Virus record (IMG/VR): IMGVR_UViG_3300032360_000001
Span: 25,346 to 89,345 of that record
Source of the DNA: a virus
Direction: 5' to 3' (one strand)
DNA length: 64,000 bases
In this document: in pieces, positions 1-12,200 of the stretch
Layout: every line of letters starts with the position of its first letter
Position numbering within the stretch: position 1 is the stretch's first letter
Program-made: the position numbers and the translations under genes
The notes under the pieces: model-generated
Told to the model about the DNA's origin: nothing
The model's database searches: none
What the model saw: the letters and a program-made list of their open reading frames with translations, nothing else

Positions 1-235
1 CGGCGCGCCAACTAAATCCCCTCCTCGTCGGCGCTTGAACCCACCACGCGCCATTTCTCACCTCAGCTGGATATCTGGAACCGCCAACCGATATTCCGTA
101 CCCAGTAGAAATGCCGTGCCTTGTTCTTGATGCTTGATTATTGTATCTATTTCTCATTGCGTCCCCAACGGCAAACACAAGATCTGGGTGCTGTGGTCCG
201 ACTTCTGAAAATATTACCCTAGCTACGTCTTTATC
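1..235 (-). other. Start of an SleB/CwlJ (Hydrolase_2)-like cell wall hydrolase domain
   Basis: DVARVIFSEVGPQHPDLVFAVGDAMRNR resembles the xARxIxxE...AVxxVxxNR catalytic-Glu motif. Truncated by the window edge. Confidence 0.55.
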
Positions 236-3200
236 TACAGCTGACGGGTGTACTCCCCACGCTGCAAAGTCTGGGGTTTCTTCTCTTTGGAAATATCTTC
301 CTCGATTCCTCATCGCGTTGCGATGCGCTGCTGTCGGCGGGCCTATTCTGGCTACTCCACCACGATCAATATTACCCCCCACTAGAGTGCTTGCTTCTGG
401 CCCCCGCGTATATCTATATCCACCGGGAGAAACGCCGTGTGCTCCACGTGTTGCTCTCACGCGTGGAGCAGCCATGTGGCCGTGAATTCCGGCGCGATAT
501 CTTTCCGTAGCTAACGCTAATCGATTGGGGCCGGCAGCAGTAGCATTGTAGGTGTCTCGCCAAAAGTCACGGAGTCTATTATTCCATGCTTGGTGTTTCG
601 GTAGCAATGTCTGGTTACGGCCAGTAGCAGGAATTTCAAGTGCTGATTGTCTTCTAAATTGATTCGGAACAGAGCCCCCACCTCTGGGATTCCAAACAAA
701 ACCGCCTGCGCCATATTCTACGGGCTGCATTGTGCCATATATAGTTGACATCTTATTAAACTGCTCCCACCACCCTTGCCTAAAGCCCGGGAACGGTTTC
801 CCATCAAGCATACCCGGTCTTTTGTCTGCTTCCGGATTGAACAAATGTTCCCCTCCCGGTATAAGAACAACGTCATTTGGCTTAAGGAATTTACTAATAT
901 CAGGTTTCCCCCCGGCTCTCGTCTTTAACGCTTTCATTAATTCCGGATTGGCCGCCGCCAGTGCCGCAGAAATAGTAACTCCATTTGCGCCCATGCTGAT
1001 TGCCTTGGCGGTAGTCATTTCTTCTCGGTATTGCTGACCTATAGAGGTAAGACCTTCTCCCACCTTTACCACGTGACCTAGTCCCTTTCCGGGAATTATT
1101 TCGTATCTTGACGGAAAACCTTCATTTTCGTCGAAAAATTTGTTTTTAGGATCCAATTCCCATTTAGCCTCTGGATCGAAGCCCCCTGTATGCGGCAAGC
1201 CAGTATATGGATGCACCTCCACTTCAGCGCGGTTCTTCGATTTAAAATGTTTTTTGGTCAAAAACCCGCTGGGTGCCCTACCTTTCCACCCGGCTTTGGA
1301 CATGCCAGAGTAGCCCACCACCATACCTAATGCCTCTCTAGTCTTCTTGTCGCCCTCGATTCTGCTTGGTACTGGAACTCTGTGTGGCCCTTTGGGCTTA
1401 GGATTTATTGGCGACCTCCGTGCTCGTTCTTCCGTCAGTGTTGATCGACGTGTCGGGGTCGGTATACCTTTTTTCTTTCGGAATAATGTTAATGCCTCAG
1501 TAGTAGCGGCTCCAGCGTAGCCGTCAATCTTGAGAGGCTTAATCTGACCGGCTTTAGGATTTGGCGACATGAGACCCATGCTGGTTAAATGTTTATTAAG
1601 AGCTCTTTGTTGATCTTTCCTTTCGCTCTCGCCGGTGAAGAACGCGTTAATGCCACCCCCTTGCTCACCAGCGGCCCCCGGAAAATTTGTCATATCCTGA
1701 CCCCATAATCCCGTATAGCCTCCGCTCTTTATGCTAAACCATTCGTTTAATACTCCAAAAGCTTCTGGTTCAATCCACCCGGCAGCCATCATGTCATTCG
1801 CTACGCCGGGTTGCATACCGTTTTCCCATTCCGAAAAACCGGCTGGGTGCATCAGCTGACTCATTCTTTTTCCCGGTTTTAATTTAATCTTTTCGGCGTG
1901 ACGAATCATCTTCATGTAAGCTGACTCAAATGTATCGTTCTTTGTAAACCCAAATCTTTCTATATTATTTGGATCTTTTATCCAATTTAATATGTGGGAG
2001 TTATTAGCCAACTTCTTTATATAATTCTTGTCTAATTTTGGTACTTTCGCCCTGAACGTGTCTCTAGCCGTTACTACGCCACCCGCACCGAATTGTGGTA
2101 CGTCCCGATCCGGTCCACGACGTAGGTTTTCTAATTCCTCCATCAGATCTAGATTTAGAGGAAGCGCATTACCCTTGTTCTTACGGGGGTCGGGCCCAAC
2201 CCCTGCCCCCCATCCGCGTTTATTGAGGGCCCAAGGTGCTGGGTGAACGCCTTCGGGCCATGGGTCACCACCCAACGGCATGCCAAATGGACCAAATCCC
2301 GCATCCCTCATCCCATCGATCTCGTTCTCACGATCAAGCATGGCCAGATGGTCAGCTAATTGTTGTTGGCGTACTGGATCATCTTTCCTTGCTCCCCCCC
2401 ACTCAGCAGCGGTTGGCCCAAAGGCGTTGTTACCTGAGGAGCCGCCTACACGGCTGAAGCCGCGACGACGCGGGTCCACGCGGTCCCAAAACGGCAGTTT
2501 ATCGTTGAATTTGCGCGCCGGTGAGTCGCTCCATGGATAAGCAGTACCAACGATACCACCATCTCCAAATCTTGGAACCCCCTCCCCAAGACCGGGCATC
2601 GTTGAATTCCGGTCCCTCAGGTCCGGCCTAGGAAGACCCGTGGCGGGATCAATCTCAAACGGCCATGGTATCTGTGGTGGCATTGGCGTGCTTGGGCCTT
2701 GTTGCCGGTTTCGGCGCGAAGGTATGCGATGCATACCCTTTGGGAGTGGCGCAAAGGGGTCATTCCACCATCTGCCCTGACCGGGATCAGGTTCCAAACC
2801 CATTGCACTTGTAGGTGAGTCGGGGCTTCCAACAGGCAGCGCATTTGGCGCTTGAATAAATTTATTGTACCACGCGTTTCCCTTCCCCTGCATAAGACGG
2901 TCCTTCAAAAGTCTTTTATGAAGAGCGTAGTTTTCACTCCATCTATGCTGCGATCCAATCCCTATTTTATCCAACTCCGAAATGGATGCCGAGATCTTTG
3001 GATCCATTAGCAATCCCGAAGTGCCCATTTCTGTAAATATTCTTTTGTTATAATCTCCTATATGGGGTATAAGTTCGGGCATGGATTCATCCAGTAACTC
3101 TTTCTCACTAAGAATATGGCGTGGGTTCTGCGTTTGCCTTTTCATGAGGAACTTGTATATTCTGCTTGCTTGCGAATTGCCCTGATGAAAAGCCCCCATG

Positions 3201-6200
3201 TTATCGGCCTGCTCAAACTCACCGATGAGGCCCTTCTCCTTCATAAACGAGTGGAACCACAATCTCTCGCTCATCATGCCGGGGGTGGCCCTATCTTTGG
3301 TCCTGTTCGAAGTCGAAGTGTGCCGAGTTTGAGTACCTATCCTCTGCCCAAACATAGTTCTAGGTATCTCCATACCCGGCGGCGCAAACATCGCAACCCC
3401 CCTGTTGCTAGAGGAGGCAGCGCTCCTCATTTTGTTTTCGGTCCGGAATTCCAGATTGATCCTAGCCATGCGTTTTTTCTCGGCTTCTAATTCGGCCCTC
3501 TTCGCCAGAGCCTCCTTAGACAAGTTATACCATTCGTCACCTCTGGGTATTTCAGTGGATAGATCACCCCTCCCAGACTTTATGAGCGCTTCTCTTAAAC
3601 CTTCTTCTGTCATGGGTCCCCGCTTGTGGAGGGGTTGACCAAAGAAACCCTTACTTGGAATTTGTCCCGTAATTTGAAGCATTTGTCTTTGCTGGATCTT
3701 CTTCTCCCAAGCATTTTGATATTGCGTAACGGGACCTCCGTCTTGATAAACCTGTGGGTTAGCCCATCCGGATTTATTTTTTCTCCACCACTGATTTAGA
3801 TGAGCAAAGGCTAAAGGGTTTCTCTCTTGAAAGATTTGTAGCTCTTCTCTGGCGGCTATCTCTCTCTCGTTAAGACGAGCCGGAAATCCCGCTATGGGCA
3901 AGCCGTTAACGCCAATTCGTTCCGCGAATGTCAACAATGTGTGCTCTTTCTCATGATCGTAACCGCCCTCGGCAATGTTTCGCCTCATATTGCGCATCTT
4001 TTGCGAGGCAAGGTCCTTGGGGGTACCCTTGTGACGAAATGGATTACCCGGAATTCCAATTTCCCGTCTGAATAATTCTTGCATCTCCATTTGGGATTGC
4101 ACCTCATGAAACGCTGGCGGAGCTTTGTCAAAAGCAAATTGTCCGTGCTCACCGCCGGGATTGCCCGGCGCACCGGGCAAAACTTTCACTCCCCTTAATG
4201 GGTTCCGGCCCAAGTTTAAATTGCCGCCAAGCTGCTGGCCGCCGCCCCACCCCGGCATAAGTGGTTGCTGCTGCGCCCAAGTATTTGGGTGCCGCCAAGG
4301 ATTTTGAGGCACCGGACCACCTTGTTGGAACATCCTTCCTTCATTTATCTCGCGTAAATGACCCAGCACTCCGGGCTTTCTGACTTCGCTTTTTCTGACT
4401 ATGAATTCTCCGCCCTCTGCTTCGAGCTTAATGCCTCCCCTCGAGTGAGAAGGACCATGAAGCTCTCCACCTGACTGTTGTTGCGGTAAGCTTGGCCTCC
4501 CATAGTTTCCAAAGCCACCGCTCATCAAGTTCCCCATAAATCTACCTATCGTAGCGTTATAGAACGCTTGGTTTATCATCTTTAAAAAACCTCGAGCCCA
4601 CGCTTTCGCCGTCTCGGTGGCGCTTTCGCCCTCTACTGCAAAAGCTGCCCAACCGTCTGCGAAAGACGAAATCATTCCTTCTCTTATCTCAATCATGTCG
4701 TCGAGGACCCTTTCCTTCCATCCTCTTGACATTGCCTCACCCTTCTCAAACGTGTCCGCTCCAAACGCTTCCCAGACACCTATTTTTCCCGTTCTTAGTT
4801 GCTGACGGGTTATATCCTGTTCTCTTTGGTATGTATCTGCAGGTGTTCCTATGCCCGCTGCTTCTTCTAGTCTGGCTTGTTTTGCTGCTAGCCTTAATTG
4901 AACCTCTGTCAGTTTTTTTGTTGAGTTTAATAATTCTTTGAATTTTTTGGGGTCATCCATTATGGACAAACTCATTGTTGTATTCGCTATCTGCGTGTCG
5001 AGTGCCTCCATCCTCTTCACGTGCTCTGCGGTTACAAATCTTTTTTGTATTTCTATAGCTGCCTGAGTTACCGATCCCCAGTTATCGATAATTACCTTTT
5101 GAGCATTCAGCGCATCTGTGTGTGATTGTTTTGCTTTTCTTAATTCATTTTCAGCATCTTTTCCTGCGTTTATAATGTTTATGTAGTCAGCGTATGTTGC
5201 GTTATGCGCGTCGAGTTGATTTGTTTCATTTTTTCTTGCTAACGCTGACGCTTCGGTTGCTGCCTCCAGATCATCGTTGACCTTCTTAAGCTCTTCTTTA
5301 GTATCGTCGCTCTGCTCCTTCCTTAGTATTACAGCTTTCTCGTTAAGCAACCTAACCACATTATCCTCCGCGGTCTTCTTCTCATTAGCCGTTACCCCCA
5401 ACGCCGCATCACTTTTCTCAAAATCTTTGAATTTCGCTGTCCGCATCATGTGGGCCTTTAAAACATTTGCTTCCGCCACCTTACTCTCTGCGAGAGCTTC
5501 TTTTCTTCCCCCCGCGGCTGCTTCTTTTTCAATGGTCAAAATTTTCTCCATCTCTCTCTTGAGGTTCCGCTGCTGGGTTTCCCCCACTCTTGATGGTGAA
5601 ATCGCGCTAAATGTCTGCGCGGCAAATGCGCCACCCGGCTGTGATGTCCTTGGGCTGCGCATCTGTTGCAATAGGTTTTCCCTCGGTAAGCCCTCTTGTC
5701 TTATAAGCTCCTGATCGAGCTCGAAAGGAGACATGTCTTGCAAATCTTTTGAGGAAATACCAATTGCTTTAGAGAACTTTTCAAGCGCGGCACTGGCTTC
5801 GAGCAAAGCGTCTCTTTCTGCTTGTAAAGAGTCAACAAGCCCCTTAGACTGCTCGTTTGCTGCCTGATTTAGAGCTATTTGGTCCGCGGCTGCCTTTGCT
5901 CTTGGGTCAGTAATCTCGCTGGGAAGTAGCGCCGCGCCACCACGCGCCTCTATGGTTTTTTGGAGCATGGCCGATTGGTCTGTTCTTTCTTTTATAGCCC
6001 TCTGTTCTAAAGCTGTTCTTAATACCACCGCATTATGCCGCGCTCTTATGTTTCTGTCCCCAATTTTCGACTCTGCCACTAGCAGCCGCTTTTGCACTTC
6101 GGTTAGCTTCGATTCAATCAGCGTTCTCTGAGCGTATAAAGCCTTTAATTTGTCTTGTGCTTTGCCAGCCTCAATCGTTCTGTTTTTTATTTTTTCTTCT

Positions 6201-9200
6201 ATTGCCGCAATCTCCTTAGCGTTGTCTGTTATTTTTTTCTGGGCTACATTCGCCTTGTGTATTTCGTTATGGTATGCTACGCCTTCTTTAAATTGTTTGT
6301 CGAGTTGTGCAGCAATTTTCTTTTGTTGATTGGCGGTGAGTTTCTGCCCCAGCGTGTGTTCAATACTATATTGGGCCGGGATATTCATTTTGTCCCCAGC
6401 ATTAATTCTATTAATGTTTGCAATTTGGGGATTTGCCCCTTTTAAATTGTCTAGAGAGACTCCGTAGGTTTGCGCAATTGCATTAGCTGTATCGCCACCC
6501 AGTATTGTGTGCTCCCGCGCTGCCGTAAATCCAAGTGCCGGTGGCCCCCCGACATTTCCGCCGGGTGCTGTTATCATCCGTTGATGAGCCTTGCCCTGAC
6601 TTAGATTAGTCAAAAATCTGTACGCCATGTCTCGCTTATCACCAAACGTGGCCGGGTCGTTTTGCATACCTGAGATTTTCCATATACTACCGGGGCCCAG
6701 CATTGAGTGTTCGTAGTCACGGGTGCGGTCCGGGGTGAACACCCCCCCTTCTTTTCTCACTGCTGCCCGTCGCCACAAGGCATCTTGGTTCAGTTTACCG
6801 CCAAACAAACCCCCTTCGAAAGTACCGGGTGACAAACCCTCGGGGCCCATGCCTGTGACCTTGCCAGCAATGTCCGGCATCGCGTCCTTTAGCTTATCCA
6901 TCCATTGCCCCCCAACTCTTTTTGCCACGTTGACCTGTTGAGGCCCCCTGAAGGCCGCAAGCAGATTCTGATTTATGAAAACGTTGGCCATCTCCATCGT
7001 GTGCCTACCTAGCGTTCTTGCCATAGCAGATGCTTTCTGCGTGGCGGCGGTTTGGACCCGTTTGACGGCGGACATATCTTTGTTCGCAGCTTCTAAACCT
7101 TTTTCTAATTCTTGGAAAGGCAGATCGCCCAAAAACGGTGCCAATTTATGAATTTCATCAATCATTTCCGCGTTGTCGCCCATTAACCGTTCCGCGGCTT
7201 GTCGCGCTATATCATGTATTTTATCCGAGCCAGTCTTCAGCTTAGTTAGGTATATAACGCTTGCCCTTCCGCCGGGGTCGCTTACCTCTGGAGACGCTTT
7301 CTCTACGTCCTTCATCATTTTATCTATCTCGCTAGGATCAGGAATATTCTTAAACGCTTTATCCGGGTCGATACCTAAAAGTTCCTTTACGCTTGGTAAT
7401 CCGCTTCTCGGCCCCTGATAGCCTTTATTTCCTCTTAAGAATGATCTTCCGTATTTACCAAATGTTTGTCTAGCCATTGTGGTAAGTGGCTGAGTAGTTT
7501 GTTCTGTTCCTCTTCGTACTTGACCAGCAAGCATACTACCCGGAATAAGAGGTGGGGGTATTGGTGCTGATGTAGTTTGTTTCCTGAGGTCAAAAAGTTT
7601 GTCTCTTAGTAGTCTTGAGCTAGACCTTCCCTCTATTTCATCCATTGCCCTTTTGTATTGCTCCGGCAACAGATGGAGTGCGTTTTTTATTTCTTCTCGT
7701 TGACTTTTTGAAACAGTTTCGTCGGATAGTATAGCTTCAAGTATGTTAGTGAGAACATTTATAACTATATCTTCTTTATTATTAAGAGCATTTTTTGTGT
7801 CTTCGTTTTCGCTTGAATTAAGTTTACTCAAGGCGTCTATCGATTGCTGTATAGCTAATAAAGGAGTTTCAAGCGGGTCTGCCGATATCGCTAATTCGGT
7901 ATCTGCAAGCTCGTCAATGGTAGCATTAAGAATTTCCATGCCGTTTGAGAAATTATCTGCATAGTCTGCAAAACTGTTCAAGGCATCGCTGATATTATTC
8001 CCAACATCCATGGTGTTGACTGAAAAAATCCATTCCTTCATGGTATTTTCAGCCGCCTTGGAAAACGAATTTGTCCATTCTTTCACTGCATCCACAGTGC
8101 CGCCACCTTTAGGCCTGTCCGGAACACCCCCTCCAAGATCTATCGTTGATGACCTGAATGGTTTAAGCTCCTTTATCTGCTTGCTCAAAAGAGCCGCTAT
8201 CTGTTCTGCTAATTTTTTATCTACTACAATCCCTTTGTTTGGATCAATAATTGCCTTAAGACTGGCTTGAAACGCATCTGTTATTGTGTCGAATTGTTCT
8301 AAGAGCGGTTTAATATCCCCCTCCCTCTCAAAGAAGCCCTCCTCGTCACCGGTTCTTAAAGCCACGCCTTCTAAGACCTTTCTGATCCGAGCCTCTTGAC
8401 CTTCGAACTTGTCTAGAGCAGCCTTAATCAACTTAGCCTCTGAGACGTCTACTGTCCTCCCCTCCTTAAAGGTCTTTTGAAAATTAGTAAATAGCAGCTT
8501 CCCTGCGGAGCGGTAATCCTCCATCATGTCGCTGACCCCGACCATCATGCCCTCATATTCGCCTTGCTCCAGCGGCTGTTGTACCCTAATGAGTGGTATT
8601 TCATTATAATAAGACGCATCGGTTCGCCCACCACGCTGCTGCGTCTGATCCCATGTTTCACCGCCACCAATGCCGGGTGAGAGTACTTGTCGCGTTCCTC
8701 TGGTATATATCTGACCCGGTTGACTCGGGTGAACTCCGATCACGGCTGTTTGTATAGCCAATAATGCTGTAAGAAGTTTCTTCGGGTCGCTCTGCAATTC
8801 ATACGCTTCGAATCCCTTTTTGCCCGGAAGTAGAGCTACGACATCTGTCAACTTGGATAGTGCAGATATCATGTTCGGCTGCCAATTTCCGGAGTCTCCC
8901 TCGAAAACCATATCCTTTAAATCTTTTGTTAATATCTTTATCGCCTCAGAAGGGCTGGCGGAGGTTCCCATCCATGTCTGGGTTTTTTCCCAGTCATTTA
9001 AGTCCAATGGCAGAGTACCGCGCACCCTAGTCTCACCCGTGGGCAACTCCGTTCTTTCAATTAGTCCCTGCTCCTCTGTTACTTCACTTATTCTAGCGAA
9101 GGACCTCAGCAAGGCTTCCTGTGCTCTTACGAGGGATATCTTCATCTGACTGTCCTGCGGGACATTTGCATCAGTTAAAGTGGATTTATACGCCTCAAAG

Positions 9201-12200
9201 GCGACTGTCATTTTGCCTACGTCCTCAGCATTTCCGCCAGTTCGGACCCTCTCCATGAATTTTGCCATATTTATGTCAAAACTACTATCCTTCACTTCCT
9301 GTTTCGACACAGCCCAAACGTCCATCTTCTCCGTAATGTTTTCCCACGTCATAGACTCTCCCGGCAAAAGGCTCCCAGCCGCCGCGTCAATGTGCTTTAC
9401 AAGCCAAGTATTTGCCTTGTGCAAACTCCATAGAATTCCACCTTTATCAAAGATTTCCTCATGTTGTGGAGGGACCATCGAGAATTTAGTGCCCTTGCTC
9501 AAGTTGGCCATCATATCCTCGGCACCGGCTGTTTTACCCTCTAAAGAGGCGAAGGCCTTTTCTTGGTTTATTCTAGTATGCTGCAGGCTTTGTTCTCCCC
9601 TAAATACCTCTACCGCCTGCATGAACCCTGTGTTCGCCTTGGACATGATTTCGCCCATTTTTGACACGGCCCCAGTCATCGCAGTGTCTATCGCGGCTTT
9701 ATAAACTTGATCATTAGTTCTTCGCTGGTTTGCCCCGAATTCCTCTGCTGCCATTGCCGCGCTGCCAAGTTTTTCATTTGAAACTATAAGATCGTAATTA
9801 CTGCCAATAAGTAAAGCCGTTACGTCAACATTTGCACCCAGACTCTCCACCAACATGTTTCTGTTTTTGAACTCGGCCTCTAGAAGTTTAGCTTTATATG
9901 CTCGTTCTTCTGACGCAATTTTTGACAAATTAGCTGAGTCCATAACCTCCGCCATCATTCCGCCTTGAGCAGAATTCATGCTTTCTATTATACTTTTCCC
10001 TATGTCTGGATTAAAGTTGCTATTAATGACTCTACTTACGTTTTCCGGGCTCATTCCAAGGGCCTCTAAAGCGTCGGGGGCTTCTGCCCTAAAGGTTCTT
10101 TCCAGAAGGCTCTCTTTCATGGCCTTACCTATGCCATTTGCGAAATCAAATCCCATTTTTTCCAGATCTCTTAGCCCCTGCATCTGCATCATTGCCGCTT
10201 TTGACCTCTCGCCCCTAGTTGGAAGCCCCGCCACAGTCGTTAACTTCTTCAAGGCGTCAATAATGCCTCCTCCGCCAAAACCTCCCCCCGCTGTCATGGA
10301 TTCCTGCAGGGTTCTTCTTCTTTGAAACGCCCTGTTCGATTCTGCAATTTGATTTTGAATTATCAGAAGCCTATTTGATTGGGCAAGATTTAAATTGTTT
10401 TCTTTTATTTCGTATTCTGCTTTGGAAAGTGCATCTTCTAGTTTTCTACCCTGCTCTCTTCCGACCCCCCCTTCCTTGTCATTGATTATTCCTCTGTATA
10501 TATCCGCGGCAAGATCAGCTGGGCCGACTATCATTTGCCGCGCCAAGACTTGAAGTTGCTGCAATCCGCCGGGCAAGCTTCCCCCTGCGCTGCTTTTTTC
10601 CATGGTCATCTTAAGGATTGCGTCGTGAAATCTTTTTTGCAACAGGGTATTTTTTAAGGTGTTAGTTTCTATATTCTTGAGTATATTGCCGGCAACTCCA
10701 AATCTTTCCCTGCGTTCCCTACCAATCGTTTCGTCCCCCGTTACGGCACTTGATAATTCCTTGCTCACTTTCTGACTGTGGTCAAAGAGAGATTTTGATA
10801 CATTCATTAAATGTTCAAATGAATTTGATATTTGTGATAACCTATAGTTTAGATCAGCCGTAGCTAGTGCCATTCTTTCTATCGATTCTACAGATTTTGA
10901 AGTTTCTGCTTCGAGCTCTTCATACCCTCGGGCTTGAGCCATTATCTGCGGTATAAGACCTTGATTTTCTTCTCCAAGCGCTTCTATCATGTCTGCGGCT
11001 TCTTTAGCTCCAACGCCCATTTCTTCAAGCTTAGCCGTTAGATCAGCGCCGGATTTACCCATGAGTTCCCAACTCTTAATTCCTTTTAATTCGAATGCAG
11101 AAGATAAGGTTTTCGCCAAGTCCTTCATTACTCCTCTTTGCGCTGCGCCGCCTTCCCCCGCTTTCGCCGCTAATACGCCCATCGAACCTTTCTTTTCCTG
11201 CATGGAAATAGTTTCCTGCACTTTAGCCATGGCTTCTCGCATTTTGCTTTCATCACCAGCAGCACCAATTAGCTCTCTCCTTAGTCCCGCATCCTCGATT
11301 TGCATGAGTTGTTCTCTCATTTGTCTGCGCATCATCCCCGTTTCGGCAGGACCAGCGCCCCTATTAAACATGCCGGTTAATCTCCCCTGCAGTTTAATAT
11401 ATGCCTCCGCGCCGAGTAAGGCTTTCTTTCTCGCCTCCGTCTCTTTTTGAATAGCTTTCGCGTAGTCTTCCGCTGTTTTCTTGCTGGCTTTTTGATGGTC
11501 CATGAACGCCAGCCCGGCACCAATAGCTAAGCCCGCTGCCGCGCCCCAAGGACCGCCAATCATTGCGCCAGTTCCGGCCATCCCTGCCGCGGTGCCAACT
11601 CCTCTAACTTTTGCTTTCTCTGCTCTTTCTTCTGGGGTTTCGCCTTTGCCTCCAACAAATTGTTCGGCCACTCCAGCCATCATTTGAATACCTATTCCCA
11701 GCCCAAAGCCTTTTTGTTTGATCCACTTACTCGCGGCACCTTTCGTGTCCGGTTTTAGTGCTGCGGCCTTTTCTGCCGCTTTTGCTTCTGCGTGTTTTGC
11801 GGCGGCTACTTTCCTTGAGGTCGTTGCCATTTTCTTGTCCATCGCCCAAATTTTTGCTTGAGCGGCGGCCTTTTTTTCGTTTGCTGCGTTTGCTCGATCA
11901 GCAGCGCGGGCTTCAGCCTCTCTCGCCTTTTGAAGAAGTAAGGTTTTTTTGGTTAGGTCCTTGGCTGCTTTATCGCCGGAATGTTCGCCGACGGATCCCC
12001 TTGGGGTTCTTCCTGAAGTATCTACGGATTGTGAAATTATTTTACCAGCTTGGGCGTGGCCTTGTTGTCTTAGCTTTTCGATTTTTGCATTGTATGCTGG
12101 GGTGTGTGGAAGACCAGTAGAAGGATTTATTCCGGGAACGCCACCAACGGTGCCTCGCTCTGCGCGTAACCCAGTCATTCCTAGTCCCGCTGGTCCGGAA

